DNA of 64,000 bases from an uncultured Clostridia bacterium (lineage in GTDB: Bacteria; Bacillota; Clostridia; TANB77; CAG-508). Positions 29,948 through 38,366 of the stretch are shown one piece after another (within the stretch, counting starts at the first letter, position 1; each line of letters starts with the position of its first letter). Made by a program: the position numbers and the translations under genes. Location of the stretch: assembly GCA_904419495.1 (NCBI GenBank), contig CAJFRV010000012.1, forward strand, positions 7,133-71,132. The letters run 5' to 3'. The notes below the pieces were generated by a model that saw only the letters and a program-made list of their open reading frames with translations, searched no databases and had not been told where the DNA came from.

Positions 29948-30745
29948 TTATTTTTCTATCAAGAGTTTTACTTTCTTTTTTTCATTATCTATTCTTTTAA
30001 TAAATACATTTACTCTTTGTCCATATGAATAGCCCTCAGAATATTCTGCCATTCCTACTAAATTGGGAGTCAATTCTATAAAAATTCCATTTTTATTTTT
30101 TTCAGTTTCTCGTATAATTCCCTCCACTTTCATACCTGAAACAAATTTTTTAGCATTTTCTTCCCATGTTCCCAAGGTTTCCTTATACGATAAATTGACT
30201 TTTCCTGTGTATCTATCTATAGATTTTACCACAACATTGACCTTTTGTCCAATTTTTAGCCTCTCATATGGTGTTTTTATTCTTGCAACAGACAAATCTT
30301 CTATATGTGCCAGCCCAACAATGCCTCCTCCAATTTCAATAAAAGCCCCATATGGCCTAATGTTTTTTACAATACCTGTTACATGCTCTCCAACTTGCAT
30401 ATTATTTTTTATATATTTCAAAGCTTCCTGTTGAACACTTTTACGAGATAATAACACTCTATTGTCATTTTCAATATTTTCTATTTTAAATTGTACATAT
30501 TTATGTACTTTTCCCGTACATAGCCTTTCATCCGGTATACCTTCTTTAATATCTTCTACTTCACATCTTGGAATAATTCCCTCTATATCATTTCCCAATT
30601 GAATATGTAAATCATATTTCTCATCACAACTTTGTACAATCCCTTGTACTGTCTTATTTTCTTGCTGATATTCCTGTATTTTTTGTATATCTAATTTTTC
30701 TATTTCTTCATTCCAACCTTCTGGTACAAATCGAAATGTATTCAT
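29948..30745 (-). CDS. S1 RNA-binding domain protein (three S1-like repeats)
   Basis: 265 aa. Central canonical S1 motif GEHVTGIVKNIRPYGAFIEIGGGIVGLAHIEDLS, flanked by degenerate S1 repeats. Confidence 0.8.
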   Translation of the reverse strand: MNTFRFVPEGWNEEIEKLDIQKIQEYQQENKTVQGIVQSCDEKYDLHIQLGNDIEGIIPRCEVEDIKEGIPDERLCTGKVHKYVQFKIENIENDNRVLLSRKSVQQEALKYIKNNMQVGEHVTGIVKNIRPYGAFIEIGGGIVGLAHIEDLSVARIKTPYERLKIGQKVNVVVKSIDRYTGKVNLSYKETLGTWEENAKKFVSGMKVEGIIRETEKNKNGIFIELTPNLVGMAEYSEGYSYGQRVNVFIKRIDNEKKKVKLLIEK

Positions 30746-30822
30746 TTGTTTTCTCCTTCATCTTATGTGTTTTAGCTTATTATATAGTTTATTAAAAATT
30801 TTTTCAATGCTTTTTTATATTT

Positions 30823-31320
30823 TTAATCAAAATAACTACTAATTTCTTCTAACCCCTCAAAGTTCTTTTGTCTACAAATATCATACACAACAATAGAAAC
30901 AGAATTTGATAAGTTTAGTGAACGCAAAGTTGGTCTCATTGGAATTCGAATTGTTTTATCTATATATTTTTGTAAAATATCTTCTGGTAACCCTTTTGTT
31001 TCTTTTCCAAACAATACAAAAATTTCTTCCATATTTTTAAAATTCGGCTCTGAATAGACATGTTTTCCTTTTGTTGTTACAAAAAACATATTATTTTCTT
31101 CTGGCTTATATGTATTTAAAAATTCTTTAAATGATATATGTTCTTCTATATCTAACTTATCCCAATAATCTAAACCTGCTCTTTTTACAGCTTTTTCCGA
31201 AATACTAAATCCTAAAGGATGTACCAAATGTAATTTAGCTCCAATTGCAGCACAAGTTCTTGCAATATTTCCCGTGTTTTGAGGTATTTCTGGTTCTACT
31301 AATACAACATGTAATTTCAT
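30823..31320 (-). CDS. trmL: tRNA (cytidine/uridine-2'-O)-methyltransferase TrmL (SpoU family)
   Basis: 165 aa. N-terminus MKLHVVLVEPEIPQNTGNIARTCAAIGAKLHLVHPLGF and C-terminal SLNLSNSVSIVVY, both characteristic of TrmL. Confidence 0.85.
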   Translation of the reverse strand: MKLHVVLVEPEIPQNTGNIARTCAAIGAKLHLVHPLGFSISEKAVKRAGLDYWDKLDIEEHISFKEFLNTYKPEENNMFFVTTKGKHVYSEPNFKNMEEIFVLFGKETKGLPEDILQKYIDKTIRIPMRPTLRSLNLSNSVSIVVYDICRQKNFEGLEEISSYFD

Positions 31321-31391
31321 TTCTAGATCTCCTTTTCTTTAAATTTGTCCATTTTGTTTCATTTTGCTTTTTAGCAATATGCCTATTTTTT

Positions 31392-32672
31392 CTAATTTTT
31401 CAATGCTGTAATTGGCAACACATAAATTCCATCTGGCCTTTTTACTACTGCATCATATAGTCCACAAATGATACACATAAATTTGGGTTTCACTTCTACT
31501 GCACCATAAAATTTTTTCAAATTTCTAGCAGCCTCTTCTTCTTGATTTGAACCTAATTTTATTTCTATTGCTCCATATTCCCCATCTGCAATTTCAACTA
31601 TAGCATCCACTTCAAGTCCGCTGATATTTTCTCTATAATGGTATAGTTTTGCATCTAAACTTTCTGCATATATTCTTAAATCTCTTTCACATAATGCTTC
31701 AAAATAAAATCCAAAAGTTTCTAAATCATTCATTAACTTATCTGGCGTTATATTCAGAATTGCACATCCTAAAGACTGATCAATAAAATGTCTTTTGGCT
31801 AATTTTCCTACATTAGCTCTTGAACGTATTTTATACATATATGAATTTTGATTTTCTATCAAATGTAATTTATTTAATATATCTAGATAATCTGCAACGG
31901 TATTTCTACTAACATTTAATTCTTCTTCAGTCACATTATCCCCAATATCTTTTACTAAAACACTATTTGTTGAAATTGTACTTTCATTTCTGGCAAGTGA
32001 CCTTAAAAGCATTTCCATTTTATTTTTATCTCTTTTTACTCCATCTATTTCTGAAATATCCTTATCTAATACTGCCTCTAAATAACTTCTTGTTATTCTT
32101 CTTGCTCCTTCTATACTTGAATCTATGGTTTCTGGCCATCCACCTCTTACAATTAGATTTGCAAGTGTTTTTAGTTCTGTCTTTTTTACTAATGTATTTT
32201 GTACTTTTCCTTCAAATAAATCCTTTAAAGATACTTCCCCTGTCGAATCTCCTGATTCATATAAAGACATCGTATACATTTTCATCTTGCAAATCCTACC
32301 AGCCCCTGAATGGTGAATTTGTGTTGTTACAGGTGTTGCAGAACCTGTTAATATATATTTTCCCTTTTCTTTATCTTGGTCACACTGAAATCTTATAGCA
32401 TCCCATACAGCTGGAACTTCTTGCCATTCATCTATTAGTTCTGGCTTTTCTTTATTTAGAATTAAATTTACATCCATCTCGGCTAGATGTTTTTCTCTAA
32501 AATTATCTGCCGTATTGTTTAAATGTACTACACTATTTGCGTGATTTAATGCTGTTCAAGTTTTTCCACACCATTTTAGACCTTCAATACTAATTACTCT
32601 AAATATTTTTAGATTTTCTTCTATCGTTTTATCTATCAATCTTTCACGATATCCTTTTTTGGTTAAATTCAT
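31392..32672 (-). pseudogene. AAA ATPase with DUF4143-type C-terminal domain, interrupted by one in-frame TGA right after the Walker A motif
   Basis: Own translation from ATG 32672 (RBS GAGGT): MNLTKKGYRERLIDKTIEENLKIFRVISIEGLKWCGKT-TGA-TALNHANSVVHLNNTADNFREKHLAEMDVNL... It runs in the same frame into ORF 31392..32477. The stop codon lies at 32558-32556. Confidence 0.7.
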
Positions 32673-32848
32673 ATGATTACCTCACATTTATATTTTATCA
32701 TAAATGTTTATTTTTACCAATCTTATTGTGCATTTTTTAAATGTTTTGTTGTGCATTTTTTTGTAATTTTATTATGCAAATTTATTTAGTTTCATTATGT
32801 AATTTTTGCAATCTCATGATATTTTTTTATTTAGATGGAACTATTTAA

Positions 32849-32892
32849 AACGTTCTCAATGTCATTAATTTTAGTTATAACATTGAGAACGT
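32849..32892 (-). terminator. Hairpin terminator downstream of the TrmH-family gene
   Basis: aacgttctcaatgt ... acattgagaacgt: a 13-bp stem directly after the stop at 32895. Confidence 0.6.
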
Positions 32893-32894
32893 CC

Positions 32895-33704
32895 TTATGA
32901 TTTCATTTTTTGTCTAACATATTCATATAATATGATACCTGTTGCAACAGAAGCATTTAAACTTTCTGTTTTTCCAAGCATTGGGATTTTTATTTTTTTA
33001 TCTGCTAGTTTTTGTATCTTTTCTTCTACTCCATTTGCTTCATTTCCAATGACAATGACCTTTTTCTTATAATCTATATCATAGATGCTATTTTCCGTTT
33101 GCAATGATGTGACAACAATTTCAAATTTGTGCTTCTGAATTTCTTTTAATGTCTTTTCTAAGTCTTCGCATTCTATGATTTTTACTCTAAATATAGCTCC
33201 CATCGTTGAACGTACTACTTTGGGATTATAACTGTCTGCTGTTCCCTTTGATACTAAAATTTGATTAATTCCTATACTATCTACTGTTCTTAAAATCGTT
33301 CCTAAGTTTCCCGGATCTTGAATGTCATCTAAGGCTATTATGATATCTTGGTTATAATCAATTTCTTCACTACCAGCAACTGCTGACTTCATTGCGTTTT
33401 TTTCTACAATGGCTAATATTCCTTGTGGATTTGTGACATCTGTCAAACTTTCGAATAATTTGCTTGTAACATAGACACATTCTTGTTTTGCTATCTCATA
33501 CATTAAGTCTTTAGGAATATTCGATGTTTTTTCACAATCATCACAAATAACGACCTGTTTAATTTTTGCTTTCTCATTAATGGCTTCTTCTATAATTTTA
33601 ATACCTTCAATGATATATTCATTGTTCAATTCTCTATATTTTTTATCTTTTAATTTTTTGATGTGTTTGATAAATTCATTATCTTTACTTGATATTACTT
33701 GCAT
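32895..33704 (-). CDS. TrmH/SpoU-family RNA 2'-O-methyltransferase (group 3, with N-terminal substrate-binding domain)
   Basis: 269 aa. SpoU motifs DPGNLGTILRT, VIVIGNEANGV and SLNASVATGIILYE. Confidence 0.85.
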   Translation of the reverse strand: MQVISSKDNEFIKHIKKLKDKKYRELNNEYIIEGIKIIEEAINEKAKIKQVVICDDCEKTSNIPKDLMYEIAKQECVYVTSKLFESLTDVTNPQGILAIVEKNAMKSAVAGSEEIDYNQDIIIALDDIQDPGNLGTILRTVDSIGINQILVSKGTADSYNPKVVRSTMGAIFRVKIIECEDLEKTLKEIQKHKFEIVVTSLQTENSIYDIDYKKKVIVIGNEANGVEEKIQKLADKKIKIPMLGKTESLNASVATGIILYEYVRQKMKS

Positions 33705-33812
33705 AAATGCCTCCAGTCTTATAACACACCCTATACTGTGAAATCAAGGAAATGTGTTTTTTATTGCTCTTTAATAAATATAATTTCCATTTTTATAAAT
33801 TTTATGATATTT

Positions 33813-34931
33813 CTATTTCATTTCAATCAATTCGTATTCAGAACTTCCTAAACCAATTTTTTCTCCATGTTCAATTTGACTTTCCCAATTGGTATCTGGA
33901 TGATTGATATGGAAATGGTCATGTCCTTCTACTTTTTTCTTAATGTTTTCACCTAATGCACTATTTTGAAATACTTCTTGTTTGTTTACTAAATCTGCAC
34001 AAGCTTTATCTAATGCGACCATATCAAATGAAGCTAACATTCCAATATTTGGAACAATTGGTGCATCATTTTCTGCATGACAATCACAGTTTGGTGAAAC
34101 ATCACAAATTAAACTAATATGAAATTGTGGTCTATCTTTTACAACTGCTAATGCATATTCTGCCATCTTTTTGTTTAAGATATCTGCTGCTTCATCATTT
34201 GGTGATTTAATCGCATCAAAATTACAAATCCCAATACATCTACCACATCCAACACATTTATTATGGTCAATCACTGCTTTTCCTTCTTCGTTATATGAAA
34301 TGGCATCATGTGCACAAATTTTGATACATTGTTTACATTTTTTACATTTTTCTAAAAGAACTTCTGGTTTACCACTACTATGCATTTCCATTTTTCCAGC
34401 TCTTGAACCACATCCCATTCCAATATTTTTAATAGCTCCTCCAAAACCTGTTCCTTCATGTCCTTTAAAATGGTTTAAAGATATGACAATATCTGCATCC
34501 ATAATGGCTCTTCCAATTTTTGCAGTTTTAACATATTCTCCATCAATATCTACATATGCCTCATCTGTTCCTTTTAGTCCATCTGCAATAATCACATGAC
34601 AACCTGTTGAAAATGGACTAAATCCATTGACATATGCTGCATCTAAATGATCAATAGCATTTTTTCTTCCTCCAACATATAAGGTATTGCAATCTGTTAG
34701 AAATGGTTTTCCTCCTAGTTTTTTTACGAGATCTGCAACGACTTTAGCATAGTTTGGTCTTAAATATGCTAGGTTTCCCGGTTCGCCAAAGTGAATTTTG
34801 ATAGCTACATATTTATTTTGAAAATCAATATTTTCAATTCCCGCTTTTTTCATTAATTTTTCTAATTTTTGTAATAAGTTATATCCCGGTCTTGCTCTAA
34901 AATCTGTAAAATATACTTTTGATTTTTCCAT
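33813..34931 (-). CDS. DUF362 domain protein with inserted 2x[4Fe-4S] ferredoxin domain
   Basis: 372 aa. N-terminus KVYFTDFRARPGYNLLQKL typical of DUF362. Two CxxCxxCxxxC clusters: CKKCKQCIKIC and CVGCGRCIGIC. Confidence 0.75.
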   Translation of the reverse strand: MEKSKVYFTDFRARPGYNLLQKLEKLMKKAGIENIDFQNKYVAIKIHFGEPGNLAYLRPNYAKVVADLVKKLGGKPFLTDCNTLYVGGRKNAIDHLDAAYVNGFSPFSTGCHVIIADGLKGTDEAYVDIDGEYVKTAKIGRAIMDADIVISLNHFKGHEGTGFGGAIKNIGMGCGSRAGKMEMHSSGKPEVLLEKCKKCKQCIKICAHDAISYNEEGKAVIDHNKCVGCGRCIGICNFDAIKSPNDEAADILNKKMAEYALAVVKDRPQFHISLICDVSPNCDCHAENDAPIVPNIGMLASFDMVALDKACADLVNKQEVFQNSALGENIKKKVEGHDHFHINHPDTNWESQIEHGEKIGLGSSEYELIEMK

Positions 34932-35393
34932 AATATTCCCTCTTTCTTTATTTTATTATATTGATATTTTAGATAAAGTTATTCTTATTTTTATTTTCAG
35001 CTCTGCCATTACTCTGTCATAACTCTGCCAATTTATATTTCTTATAATAAACAAATTGGCACATCCTTAACGTTTATAAATATGGTCACATATAGTACAT
35101 ATGCATAAAAAACAACCATACTTTAGCTTTGTATGATTGTATTTTATAACTTTTTTTGAAATTTAGCAATATCTTTCTTGTAATGATATGAGATTGAATC
35201 ATAAATAATTGTTGACTTTATTCTAATTTGTATAACTAAATTGTCAAATGTATTAATTATTTATAACATGTTTAAACTTAACTTGTTTAACCACTTACAT
35301 TCAAATCAAGAGCTTCTTACGAAGCTTCTCTCAGTTTGAATATTAACACGTTATTTACATAACGTGTTCTCTTGTTTCTAATTTTTTACAAAA

Positions 35394-36482
35394 TTAGAAA
35401 GTCGTGCTCAGTCGAACAGAGTGGCTGCTATTCACAAGGGTGTTTCCGAAAAAACCATCATCGAAGCCCGCGATATCCGCGCTGTTCGTATCGACCTGTG
35501 AAGAAGACCAGTAACAAATGCTAAGACCATAGCTTGAATAATAGCTGGTTATTCCTAATTCTTCCGCAAAAGCTGACCATTCTCCTCCAGATGGGACAAA
35601 CCATCCACTTGCTACTTCAGTTTGTATCAATCCCCACATGTCATTGTCATTTTGTTCTCCATATCCTCCATCACTACCATTATTCCATTTTGTAATCATT
35701 GCTTCAGTATTTGCTTTCCCTGTTCCAAAATCTTCAGATGTCGTTGTATCATAATCATTCATCATATTTCCATAAGCGCTATAATACCAATAATGTGTAT
35801 TTGCATCAATATCTGATAATGCCATTACATAAAATCTAGGCTCTCCACTTCCTGTTGGTGATAGCACATCTTTTATTCCGAAATCTCCTTCATAATCTGT
35901 CTTACTTATATAATAATCTTTTAGTCCACTTTCTACTTTTGGAATATCATAATCTGTCCATTGTCCATCTCCTGTATTTCCTACTGCTAAATCTGCATAG
36001 ATAATTCCATCTACTGTTCCATCTCCCTCAAGGTCTGCATAATATCCTACATATGATTCTGTTTTAGAAATAACTTCTTGTGTTTCTCCTAAATTTCCAT
36101 TATATATTTCTGATACTGCTATTTCATGATTTCCATATTCATCTTTTGTTGTAAATACATCATCTATGGTAAAATCTTCTGACACATCATCAAAATATTT
36201 ATCTAATACAGTTTTTAATTCTCCTTTTGTGATATTTCCATCTTTCTTGTCTGCCTGTATTCCTAATATGTCTGTTTGTGCTTGTTCTATTACATTTGCT
36301 TTTTCTGTCCTTTCTGCTGCATCACTTGCTCTTGTTAATATTCCATTTTCTCCTGTTAATGTGGCAATGGTTACACCGGCTAATATTAACAAGACTATGA
36401 TAGTTATAACTAACGCAATCAATGTAATACCATTATTCTTTTTGATTATCTTTTTCATCTCAAATGTTTGTTTTTTCTTCAT
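35394..36482 (-). CDS. Prepilin-type N-terminal methylation-motif protein with a DUF1566/FISUMP-like C-terminal domain
   Basis: 362 aa. NNGITLIALVITIIVLLILAGVTIATLTGENGILTRA is the type IV pilin-like class III signal plus hydrophobic helix. The C-terminus GWFVPSGGEWSAF...YWSSSQ...SVRLSTTF resembles the GW(H/R)xPSxxEW...YWSS...VRC pattern. Confidence 0.65.
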   Translation of the reverse strand: MKKKQTFEMKKIIKKNNGITLIALVITIIVLLILAGVTIATLTGENGILTRASDAAERTEKANVIEQAQTDILGIQADKKDGNITKGELKTVLDKYFDDVSEDFTIDDVFTTKDEYGNHEIAVSEIYNGNLGETQEVISKTESYVGYYADLEGDGTVDGIIYADLAVGNTGDGQWTDYDIPKVESGLKDYYISKTDYEGDFGIKDVLSPTGSGEPRFYVMALSDIDANTHYWYYSAYGNMMNDYDTTTSEDFGTGKANTEAMITKWNNGSDGGYGEQNDNDMWGLIQTEVASGWFVPSGGEWSAFAEELGITSYYSSYGLSICYWSSSQVDTNSADIAGFDDGFFGNTLVNSSHSVRLSTTF

Positions 36483-36688
36483 TTGCTTTTCTCCCTTTCC
36501 TTTCTATATTTTCTTTTGCAATTAATCATTACTTTTTACTTTTAGCATATATCTTTTTTTTACTATAAGCTATTATTCTCTTTCAAGTATTTTTCACAAT
36601 TTATTTTATCATTTATTATTTATTTGTCAACTCTTTTGAGTTAATCTTTTTCTTCTTTATTTGCTATACTTTTTTTGGTGATTATTTT

Positions 36689-36931
36689 ATGTATTTAAGT
36701 ATGGCTGTAAGAAAAAGAATTTATGAACTTTGTGATGAAAGAAATATAACCATTAATAGACTTTGTACAATTTCTGGTATTACACAATCTACTCTTGCCA
36801 ATATCAATTCTAGGCAAAATGCAAATTTGAACATCTTGACTATTATGAGAATATGTAGAGGACTTAATATTACTTTACAAGATTTTTTTAATTCGTCTAT
36901 CTTTAATATTGATAGTTTAGAAGATGACTAA
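36689..36931 (+). CDS. XRE-family HTH regulator (small)
   Basis: 80 aa: RKRIYELCDERNITINRLCTISGITQSTLANINS. Typical HTH_3/HTH_26 pattern. Confidence 0.75.
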   Translation: MYLSMAVRKRIYELCDERNITINRLCTISGITQSTLANINSRQNANLNILTIMRICRGLNITLQDFFNSSIFNIDSLEDD

Positions 36932-37040
36932 ATCTTCTTTTTTCTATTCTTTTTATTTCTTAATACTATTATTTACTTATTTTATATTTAAAATTTGTTT
37001 TATGCTTTCTAAAAATTTTTCAATTTTTTTTACTAATTCT

Positions 37041-37465
37041 TCATAATCTTCCCTTCGAATTGTGTATATTTGCTTCTTTTGCATATACATTATTTTCACA
37101 TTCATTACAATTTGTATTTCTTCTTGTTTCTGATATGCTTTCTCCTTCTAATTCCAATATTACATCATAACTTTTATCTTTAAATTTATACCTTCCATCT
37201 TCAATTTCATCATAAACTATTATTCCCAAATTTTTCTCTTTTACTCTATTTTTTATTTTTTCTAAATTTTCTTTAAAGTGTGTACTGAAACACCTACTTT
37301 ACATACTCCTTTTGCAAAACATGTTCTTTTTAATCCTAATATATGTTCTAATATTATGGCATCTCGACCAACACTATTAAAAAATGCCCCTGTTTTTATC
37401 ATAATCATTTTATCTGGATTTAGTTTTCGTAAATTTTCAATAAATTCATAAAATTTCATTTGCAT
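37041..37465 (-). pseudogene. MutS-domain-I-like small ORF, split by a frameshift near 37262-37275
   Basis: ORF 37262..37465 (MQMKFYEFIENLRKLNPDKMIMIKTGAFFNSVGRDAIILEHILGLKRTCFAKGVCKVGVSVHTLKKI*) follows the MutS N-terminal pattern (Y..iK...pD.i.f.r.GdFYe.f..DA......L.i.lT....GvP.h.l). The frame two nucleotides downstream (+2 offset) continues ENLEKIKNRVKEKNLGIIVYDEIED... into ORF 37041..37229. Confidence 0.45.
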
Positions 37466-37516
37466 TTTTTCTTCTACACCATTTGTTTCATTTCCAATGA
37501 CAATTACTTTTTTCTT
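37466..37516 (-). repeat. ~51-nt relic copy of the TrmH-family gene segment at 33018-33068
   Basis: ttttcttctacaccatttgtttcatttccaatgacaattacttttttctt versus ttttcttctactccatttgcttcatttccaatgacaatgacctttttctt: only a handful of mismatches. It encodes KKKVIVIGNETNGVEEK in frame with the downstream MutS-I-like ORF. Confidence 0.75.
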
Positions 37517-37617
37517 GTTTTTTCAAAATAATCTCTTTATATTTTTCAGAAAATATACGAACTTTTGTTTACTTTTATTGTAAAATGTGATACACTTTAA
37601 AAACGAGGTGATAGTAT

Positions 37618-38103
37618 ATGAATAACGAAATTCACAACAATATTAAAGAATCTGAAAAAATTTTACAAAATATTAATACTACTGATACTCTTGAATTTTC
37701 AAAATGGACCAAAGAAAAAGTTAATTTAAGATACAATGCTGAATTACCTATTTTTCCAATATATAATAATTTTATTTATTGGTGTAATTTGGGAATAAAT
37801 ATCGGAAGTGAACAAAATAAATTAAGACCTGTTCTGATACTAAGAAGTTCAAAGAATTCAACAATTTGTACTATTCTTCCTTTAACTTCTAAAAGATTAA
37901 ATGATAATTTTTGGTTTCATATTGATTTAGAAAAAATCAACTCTACAATTTTAGTAGAACAACTAAAAGTTATTAGCAAATTAAGACTCACCAATCCTTA
38001 TAGAAAAAATGGAAATTTAGTTACTATTTCACAAAACGATTGGAGGAATATAAATTCCCAACTTGAAACCTTATATAGATTACGACCATTAAAAAATGAA
38101 TAA
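37618..38103 (+). CDS. PemK/MazF-family toxin-like endoribonuclease with a ~50-aa N-terminal extension; no adjacent antitoxin ORF
   Basis: 161 aa. RBS GAGGTGA. FIYWCNLGINIGSEQNKLRPVLILRSSKNSTICTILPLTSK matches the MazF/PemK core (GdIyw.dfg...GsEq.g.RPvlVvs......s..vivaPlTs). Confidence 0.7.
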   Translation: MNNEIHNNIKESEKILQNINTTDTLEFSKWTKEKVNLRYNAELPIFPIYNNFIYWCNLGINIGSEQNKLRPVLILRSSKNSTICTILPLTSKRLNDNFWFHIDLEKINSTILVEQLKVISKLRLTNPYRKNGNLVTISQNDWRNINSQLETLYRLRPLKNE

Positions 38104-38154
38104 GTTTTTAAAAAATTCTTGACTTTTTTCTAATTAACAGTTAAAATGAATTTA

Positions 38155-38228
38155 ATAAAACATTAGTGTCCGTTCTGAAAGGAACGTAATCATTATTAAT
38201 CCGATAGTCAAAAGGCTATCGTTTTTTT
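38155..38228 (+). ncRNA. Candidate small RNA 1 (own promoter and intrinsic terminator)
   Basis: TTGACT (38119-38124), 17 nt, TAAAAT (38142-38147). The transcript would contain ACATTAGTGTCC, the hairpin cgttc-tgaaag-gaacg, GTAATCATTATTAATC, and the terminator cgatag-tcaaaagg-ctatcg followed by TTTTTTT. Confidence 0.45.
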
Positions 38229-38264
38229 ATTGCATATATTCTTAACTTCATCATATACTATAAT

Positions 38265-38350
38265 TACATTAGTGTCCATAGTTTTATACTATGTAAGTCA
38301 TTAATATCAACTAAAAGGCATATCTAAGTATAGGTACGCCTTTTAGTTAT
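38265..38350 (+). ncRNA. Candidate small RNA 2, a paralogue of candidate 1
   Basis: TATAAT at 38259-38264. It then has the same 5' motif ACATTAGTGTCC, a different but self-complementary hairpin catagt-tttat-actatg, the related linker GTAAGTCATTAATATC, and the hairpin aactaaaaggc...gccttttagtt. That last hairpin would also serve mfd on the other strand. Confidence 0.35.
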
Positions 38351-38366
38351 GAAAATTTTTGTGTTT

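Noticed and set aside
32556-32558. In-frame TGA as evidence for genetic code 4 (TGA=Trp) or selenocysteine
   Set aside because: All other long genes in the window (e.g. the 1158-aa Mfd, the 1119-aa AddB, the 882-aa AdhE) are uninterrupted under the standard code and use TGG for Trp. TGA is also used as a genuine stop, for example by HD paralogue 1 at 46198-46200. I saw no SECIS-like hairpin just downstream. A nonsense mutation or sequencing error is the simpler reading.
38104-38366. Type III (ToxI-like) antitoxin repeat array for the MazF-like gene
   Set aside because: Known type III arrays are short (~34-36 nt) tandem repeats placed upstream of a ToxN/AbiQ-type toxin. Here there are two ~75-100-nt units downstream, at least the first with its own promoter, and the protein has the MazF/PemK sequence signature. 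I kept this as a lower-confidence sRNA finding and did not call it a type III system.
35394-38366. Intact prophage, ICE or known defence island
   Set aside because: I recognised no integrase, recombinase, terminase, capsid, conjugation or known defence-system core gene. Only an XRE regulator, gene fragments and a MazF-like gene are present, so at most this is a decayed remnant.
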